A stretch of DNA of 64,000 nucleotides from a virus. The stretch spans positions 1 through 64,000 of IMG/VR virus record IMGVR_UViG_3300030060_002740, one strand, 5' to 3'. Within the stretch, counting starts at the first letter, position 1, and every line of letters begins with the position of its first letter. The position numbers and the translations under genes are program-made. This document shows, piece after piece, positions 61,297-64,000 of the stretch. The notes beneath the pieces were generated by a model that was not told where the DNA came from, searched no databases, and saw nothing but the letters and a program-made list of their open reading frames with translations.

Positions 61297-63900
61297 TTGA
61301 GGGGTCAGATGCCGCAAACAGGAATAGAGTTTGAAAAAGAAACTAGTGGCCTCACAAAACAGGTCTTAGATTTCTTTGAGAAGGTTCGTTATTCCTATCT
61401 TTCAGCAAGAGAAAATCCCGATGACTACGGGGATGCTTGGAAAAAAACAGTAAAGGATATCAGAGAACAATTAGATTCTCTTGATGATTTCAGCAATGAG
61501 TTGAAAACTTATGTCAAGGAAGACTTGGCTCAATCTGATGAAGCATACAATCCAAAGTCAAGACAAGCAAAAGAATTGTACGAAGCGGTAAAAGAACTTA
61601 GGTTCAAATCCGAAAAAGTCAGTGACCCGTTTTCAAAACAACTTGGTGATGATGTAATACCTAAGTTGTTGAAGAATGAAGCATTATTCGCTTATTTTAT
61701 TCATTATGCACTACGCTCTCATGCAAATGCTTTACCTGAAAAAGCGTGGAAGGCAGTGGAACTCAAACCTGACAAGATAACTCAAAACGTGATGGGTTTG
61801 GATTTAGAGCCAAAGGACATACCGCTATACATCATAGAACATTATGGCGGGGAAGAGGAAGACACAAGAAGAGTAGAGAGTAAGTTCAAGGGGGCTTACA
61901 AATTATTGGAGAAGGTGTATGCCTCTCAATATGATGAGGGTAAATGGGAGAATCTTGTTGAGTTAGATATTGCTAAGAGTGAGCAAAAGCAAGAAATTGA
62001 TTTTATCGTTCCCAACAAACCAATGTATAGAATCTTTGAGATAGATGACATGAAGGAAATCAAGGGTCTTACTGGTGAGTACATTGTCCAAGAGAAGTAT
62101 GACGGGATGAGAATACAACTTCACAAGTTCAATGGTAAAGTCAGAATATACTCTTTCAATGAAAAAGACATTACAGATAAGTGTTCAAAACAAGTTAAGC
62201 AATTAGAAAAGAAAGCATTTGGGGATTGTATCTTAGATGGAGAACTCATGTTGTTTGACGGTGATGAACCACTACATAGAGCAGATACAATAGCCCATGT
62301 TTTCAAGAACAAAAAGGGTGGTGAACTAAAAGCACACGTCTTTGATATTATGGTTCATGAAGGAAAGAACATCGCTGATGAAACCCTAAGAGAAAGAAAT
62401 AACATTCTTCTGTACCAATACGCTCAACATTCATCAGAAGACTTAGCATTCCCATCTAAGAAAGATACAAGGATTGCTGACTCCATAAAAGAAGTAGAAA
62501 CCTATGCTAAAGAAATAATGCAGTTACCTGCATCAGAAGGTGTGGTAATCAAGGATATAGAATCAACATACTACATTGGGGTTAAGAAAAATCCTAAGTG
62601 GATTAAGTGGAAGAAGTTCGTTGACTTGGATGTTATAGTTTTAGATGATAAGAAAACAAAGAGCAACTTACATTCCTACACAATGGGAGTTGGGCCAGTA
62701 AATGCTGAAACTGCTAGGAACTACAAGACTGTTGAGTTTGAGGATAAAGACTACTTAGAAGTAGGTAAGGCTCTCAATACAAAACAATCAGTAAAGATTG
62801 GTAGCATAGTCAGAGTGAAAGTTGACGAGGTTAAAAAAGGAAAGGACGGTTTCAAATTGTTCTCTGCTAAAGTTATAGAGATACCTGAAGTAACACAATC
62901 GGATACTGTTGAAACATTAGAGCAATTAGCAAGTAAGACAAAGAAATCTCTCAATGCAATCGGATACACCTTTGGAGAAACAGTAGGCGGTGCATTTGAA
63001 GTTACATCAGGAATGAAGAACCCAAGAGGTCAGACTAAGAAAGATGTAAAGAAAGGATATTACATTACAGACCACATACATGGAACTGCTGAGATTATTC
63101 TAAAGGAGGACATGGATGGTTTCACAATCTATGGGTTTGAGGGAGATTCTCTTATGCAGAAGAATGCTCTATACAACATAGATATGTGGAAAGAACAAGT
63201 GGTTAGTATAATGAAAAGTAAACGTTCTACCTTTAGATTGGCTATCCGCAATGAGATATTAGACAGTGGTAGAGATAATCTAAGGTTTGAGCAGATATTA
63301 GATTATGTCAAAGACAAACATCAAGGAACCTTTGAGGATTTATTCGACTCAGATGAAGGAAGATTAATGTCTTGGATGAAACAACAAGAAGATTTGGTTT
63401 ATCTTCATCCCAACAAGTTTACTGCAAGAGAAGACGTATTGGAAAAGGATGTTGAAGAATTACAAAAAGAAGAAATGGGAAAGTATACAATTAATCTTAG
63501 AGAAGATAATAATGTTGATTTAATCATAGAATACAAAGACGAGCGTATGGGTTGGACTATTGATATTGAAGAGTCAGAAGACATATACGAGTTGTTTGGT
63601 AAATCAGGTAAGTATCCGGCTATTGTTATGAAGAATGCAGGTGAGCCTAAGAAAGTCTTAGATAAAGGAAATATAGAATTAGGAATTCAAAAAGATGGAT
63701 ACCATGAATATAGATTAGATGGAGATAAGTTCCAAACAAGAATGCACTTTAGAGTAATTCCTTTAGATGAACAAAAGAGTTGGATAGCATGGACAGGAAA
63801 GAAACAGGAAATGTTAGACGATGAAGAGAACCCAAATAAATGGAATCTGAATGAAGACTCTTATGCTCAATTACCTTTCCCTTCGGATAAAAAAGAGTAA
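61297..63900 (+). CDS. Second ATP-dependent DNA ligase with long N- and C-terminal extensions
   Basis: EKYDGMR, LDGE, FDIM, EGVVIK, WIKWK; the C-terminal LDKG..ELG...YRLDGDKF segment recalls the LigD phosphoesterase fold. Confidence 0.85.
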   Translation: MRGQMPQTGIEFEKETSGLTKQVLDFFEKVRYSYLSARENPDDYGDAWKKTVKDIREQLDSLDDFSNELKTYVKEDLAQSDEAYNPKSRQAKELYEAVKELRFKSEKVSDPFSKQLGDDVIPKLLKNEALFAYFIHYALRSHANALPEKAWKAVELKPDKITQNVMGLDLEPKDIPLYIIEHYGGEEEDTRRVESKFKGAYKLLEKVYASQYDEGKWENLVELDIAKSEQKQEIDFIVPNKPMYRIFEIDDMKEIKGLTGEYIVQEKYDGMRIQLHKFNGKVRIYSFNEKDITDKCSKQVKQLEKKAFGDCILDGELMLFDGDEPLHRADTIAHVFKNKKGGELKAHVFDIMVHEGKNIADETLRERNNILLYQYAQHSSEDLAFPSKKDTRIADSIKEVETYAKEIMQLPASEGVVIKDIESTYYIGVKKNPKWIKWKKFVDLDVIVLDDKKTKSNLHSYTMGVGPVNAETARNYKTVEFEDKDYLEVGKALNTKQSVKIGSIVRVKVDEVKKGKDGFKLFSAKVIEIPEVTQSDTVETLEQLASKTKKSLNAIGYTFGETVGGAFEVTSGMKNPRGQTKKDVKKGYYITDHIHGTAEIILKEDMDGFTIYGFEGDSLMQKNALYNIDMWKEQVVSIMKSKRSTFRLAIRNEILDSGRDNLRFEQILDYVKDKHQGTFEDLFDSDEGRLMSWMKQQEDLVYLHPNKFTAREDVLEKDVEELQKEEMGKYTINLREDNNVDLIIEYKDERMGWTIDIEESEDIYELFGKSGKYPAIVMKNAGEPKKVLDKGNIELGIQKDGYHEYRLDGDKFQTRMHFRVIPLDEQKSWIAWTGKKQEMLDDEENPNKWNLNEDSYAQLPFPSDKKE

Positions 63901-63945
63901 ATATTACTATTACTTCATATAGTAAGAGTGTAAAACTTACCGACA

Positions 63946-64000
63946 ATGCTGATGATGGGTACTCCTTTACTAAAGGCTGAGAGTAACCATGAGTTTAGTA
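63946..64000 (+). CDS. Start of next late gene (truncated), possibly the prohead protease
   Basis: MLMMGTPLLKAESNHEFS...; product guessed from position only. Confidence 0.25.
   Translation, partial: MLMMGTPLLKAESNHEFS

Noticed and set aside
1-64000. tRNA or rRNA genes and inteins
   Set aside because: No cloverleaf with a T-loop consensus and no intein splice motifs were recognised by eye; tRNAscan-SE was not run.

Overview
This is a 64-kb segment of a large head-tailed dsDNA virus of archaea. The gene set and the GGTGA/GGAGG Shine-Dalgarno motifs best fit a Magrovirus-like virus of Marine Group II Euryarchaeota (Poseidoniales); this is inference from gene content, not a database search. Layout: (1) 1-7.8 kb (+) tail-fibre/adhesin genes. 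(2) 8.3-38 kb (-) archaeal-type replication/early module: DEDD exonuclease, MCM-like helicase, ERCC4 nuclease, PriS-PriL fusion primase, Cas4-like nuclease, split PolB with YGHTDS, PCNA-like clamp, Sak4/RadA-like ATPase, SSB, RFC subunits, DNA ligase, PC4, TFB and class II RNR. (3) 38-43.5 kb strand-switch region. (4) 43.6-64 kb (+) head-morphogenesis module: TerS-like, TerL, portal, many small basic proteins and a second ligase. Three observations stand out. (a) A dispersed but apparently complete virus-encoded ubiquitin-like conjugation set: a Ubl ending GG-SC, a ThiF/E1, an E2-like protein and a JAB peptidase. (b) Seven copies of a ~65-bp spaced palindrome (GGGT..ACAAAGT..ACCATATGGT..ACTTTGT..ACCC) that separate every transcription unit in 39.3-43.5 kb, like a cassette array. 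The array includes two paralogous genes whose 5' and 3' ends are complementary. (c) A shared W-x-x-[ILV]-[LI]-[KR] peptide at the N-terminus of about ten unrelated head-module proteins, a candidate capsid-targeting or processing tag.
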